A DNA stretch of 41,524 nt from a virus (Duplodnaviria; Heunggongvirae; Uroviricota; Caudoviricetes), in the IMG/VR virus record IMGVR_UViG_2648501334_000009, positions 1-41,524 of that record. The stretch is one strand, 5' to 3'. Numbering within the stretch: the first letter of the stretch is position 1; each line of letters begins with the position of its first letter. Both the position numbers and the translations under genes were made by a program. Shown here piece by piece: positions 40,118 to 41,524 of the stretch. The notes under the pieces are model-generated. The model was not told where the DNA came from. It did no database searches and saw only the letters and a list, made by a program, of their open reading frames with translations.

Positions 40118-40529
40118 GCCATTCAATATCTGGCGCACTGGCGGTATCGACCAGCTCCAGTGCGTCCAGATAATCCAGCCACAAATTATATTGTGCCAGT
40201 TCCTCACCTTTCAGACGACCAATAGCTGCTTTACCAGGCCATTGCTTACCGTTCATATAATCGTTGGCCTGATTAATCAGTTGCTGCTTTTCCAGTTCGG
40301 CTGCAGCAATCTGTTCCTCATGTGTTGGTGGTGGAATTTCAGACCATGCAGGAAAACCATTTTCTCCAGCGATACGGATTTTTCCTTTCGGCGGTAATCC
40401 GGAAAACTCAATATACACTTGCTCATCAACTTCAACAGCATCATCTGGCCATGAGTCAGCTTGAGTGTAATCCTCTTTCATCTCCAGCGGATAGAAAGAG
40501 TTTGTAGTCGCGGAATATATGTAATTCAT
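40089..40529 (-). CDS. Alternative tail fibre assembly protein (Tfa'), inverted orientation
   Basis: 146 aa; C-terminus 'DIEWPTPPAVQAR' parallels the plus-strand Tfa; convergent arrangement typical of invertible G/P/C segments. Confidence 0.65.
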   Translation of the reverse strand: MNYIYSATTNSFYPLEMKEDYTQADSWPDDAVEVDEQVYIEFSGLPPKGKIRIAGENGFPAWSEIPPPTHEEQIAAAELEKQQLINQANDYMNGKQWPGKAAIGRLKGEELAQYNLWLDYLDALELVDTASAPDIEWPTPPAVQAR

Positions 40530-40550
40530 TTTTCACTCCATATAGCTAAA

Positions 40551-40943
40551 TTAACAGCCTAACGCTAAAAATGAAGCGCCGAGGCCAGGAGTACTGGCTC
40601 TGGATATAAATTTAACCGGGTCGGGACTAAAACCTGCACAGGCAATATAACCAACAGCCCCGCTATCTGGTGTGTAGTCTTGTGAGACCAAAACACGCAG
40701 ACATCTGTTTGGAAATGCAATCGGGAAATGGGTTACTACATCCTGTGCAATGCCTGGTGCGCCGATTGAGCCCCACTGAAGAATAAAACCTGATGGTAAT
40801 TTTTGATATCCAGTACCTGAAACAGAAAGCGTGAAGCTACCCATATCAGGTATCTGATTCGCCCCTGTCCCTACATTCCTTTTAGCCGCTTCTCCCAAAC
40901 CAACATTTATGAAAATGCAGAAATAACGAGCAAATGGCATCAT
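40551..40943 (-). CDS. Alternative tail fibre C-terminal segment, currently uncoupled from the fibre 5' part
   Basis: '[12 protein letters not shown]' parallels 'GFINEVKG' in the expressed fibre; lies between Tfa' and the invertase gene. Confidence 0.55.
   Translation of the reverse strand: MMPFARYFCIFINVGLGEAAKRNVGTGANQIPDMGSFTLSVSGTGYQKLPSGFILQWGSIGAPGIAQDVVTHFPIAFPNRCLRVLVSQDYTPDSGAVGYIACAGFSPDPVKFISRASTPGLGASFLALGC
40888..40913. promoter_or_regulatory. hix/gix/pix-like crossover site for the invertase
   Basis: TTCTCCCAAACCAACATTTATGAAAA resembles the 26-bp hix/gix consensus as I recall it (TTCTTGAAAACCAAGGTTTTTGATAA); directly upstream of the invertase gene. Confidence 0.5.
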
Positions 40944-40969
40944 TCCTGCTTTTGTCAGGGGGCGCTACC

Positions 40970-41524
40970 ATGCTTATTGGCTATGTACGCGTATCAACAA
41001 ATGACCAGAATACCGATCTACAACGTAATGCGTTGAACTGTGCAGGATGCGAGCTGATTTTTGAAGACAAGATAAGCGGTACAAAGTCCGAAAGGCCGGG
41101 ACTGAAAAAACTGCTCAGGACATTATCGGCAGGTGACACTCTGGTTGTCTGGAAGCTGGATCGGCTGGGGCGTAGTATGCGGCATCTGGTCATTCTGGTT
41201 GAGGAGTTGCGCGAACGTGGCGTTAATTTTCGCAGCCTGACGGATGCTATTGATACCAGCACACCGATGGGGCGTTTTTTCTTTCATGTGATGGGGGCCC
41301 TGGCTGAAATGGAACGAGAACTGATTGTTGAACGAACAAAAGCTGGACTGGAAGTTGCTCGCGCACAGGGACGAATTGGTGGACGTCGTCCCAAACTTAC
41401 ACCAGAACAATGGGCGCAGGCCGGGCGACTAATTGCATCAGGAGTTCCTCGCCAGAAGGTGGCGATCATTTATGATGTTGGCGTATCGACTTTGTATAAG
41501 AAGTTTCCGGTCGGAGATAAATGA
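40970..41524 (+). CDS. Serine recombinase, DNA invertase of the Pin/Gin/Hin/Cin family
   Basis: 'MLIGYVRVSTNDQNTDLQRNAL' with catalytic Ser; 'LVVWKLDRLGRS'; C-terminal HTH; near-identical to Pin/Hin as I recall them; AGGGGG ribosome-binding site. Confidence 0.9.
   Translation: MLIGYVRVSTNDQNTDLQRNALNCAGCELIFEDKISGTKSERPGLKKLLRTLSAGDTLVVWKLDRLGRSMRHLVILVEELRERGVNFRSLTDAIDTSTPMGRFFFHVMGALAEMERELIVERTKAGLEVARAQGRIGGRRPKLTPEQWAQAGRLIASGVPRQKVAIIYDVGVSTLYKKFPVGDK

Overview
This window is almost entirely one prophage sitting next to the host ferredoxin gene yfhL (1..261, minus strand); its right end lies outside the window. From left to right it carries a tyrosine integrase with an AlpA/Xis-like gene, then a minus-strand early operon: SNF2 helicase, VRR-NUC nuclease, family-A DNA polymerase, DUF2815-like ssDNA-binding protein, DUF2800-like nuclease. 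This is followed by a lambdoid immunity switch (LexA-like cI repressor, cro), a P4-type primase followed by an iteron array, antiterminator Q, a lambda-like lysis cassette (S, R, Rz with embedded Rz1), a head module, a contractile-tail module, and a Pin/Gin/Hin-type invertase beside an invertible tail-fibre segment. Four accessory units stand out as the best candidates for undescribed biology: (1) an AT-rich SIR2-domain gene (7790..9292) with its own terminator; (2) a gene with a C-terminal TIR-like domain (4823..5584) insulated by a perfect palindromic terminator; (3) an AT-rich opposite-strand cassette of a membrane protein plus a 47-codon ORF (3501..4264); (4) a two-gene cassette with its own terminator inside the tail cluster (34484..35637). 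All calls rest on reading the translated ORFs and the DNA by eye; no database search or computation was possible, so every family assignment needs HMM/BLAST confirmation.
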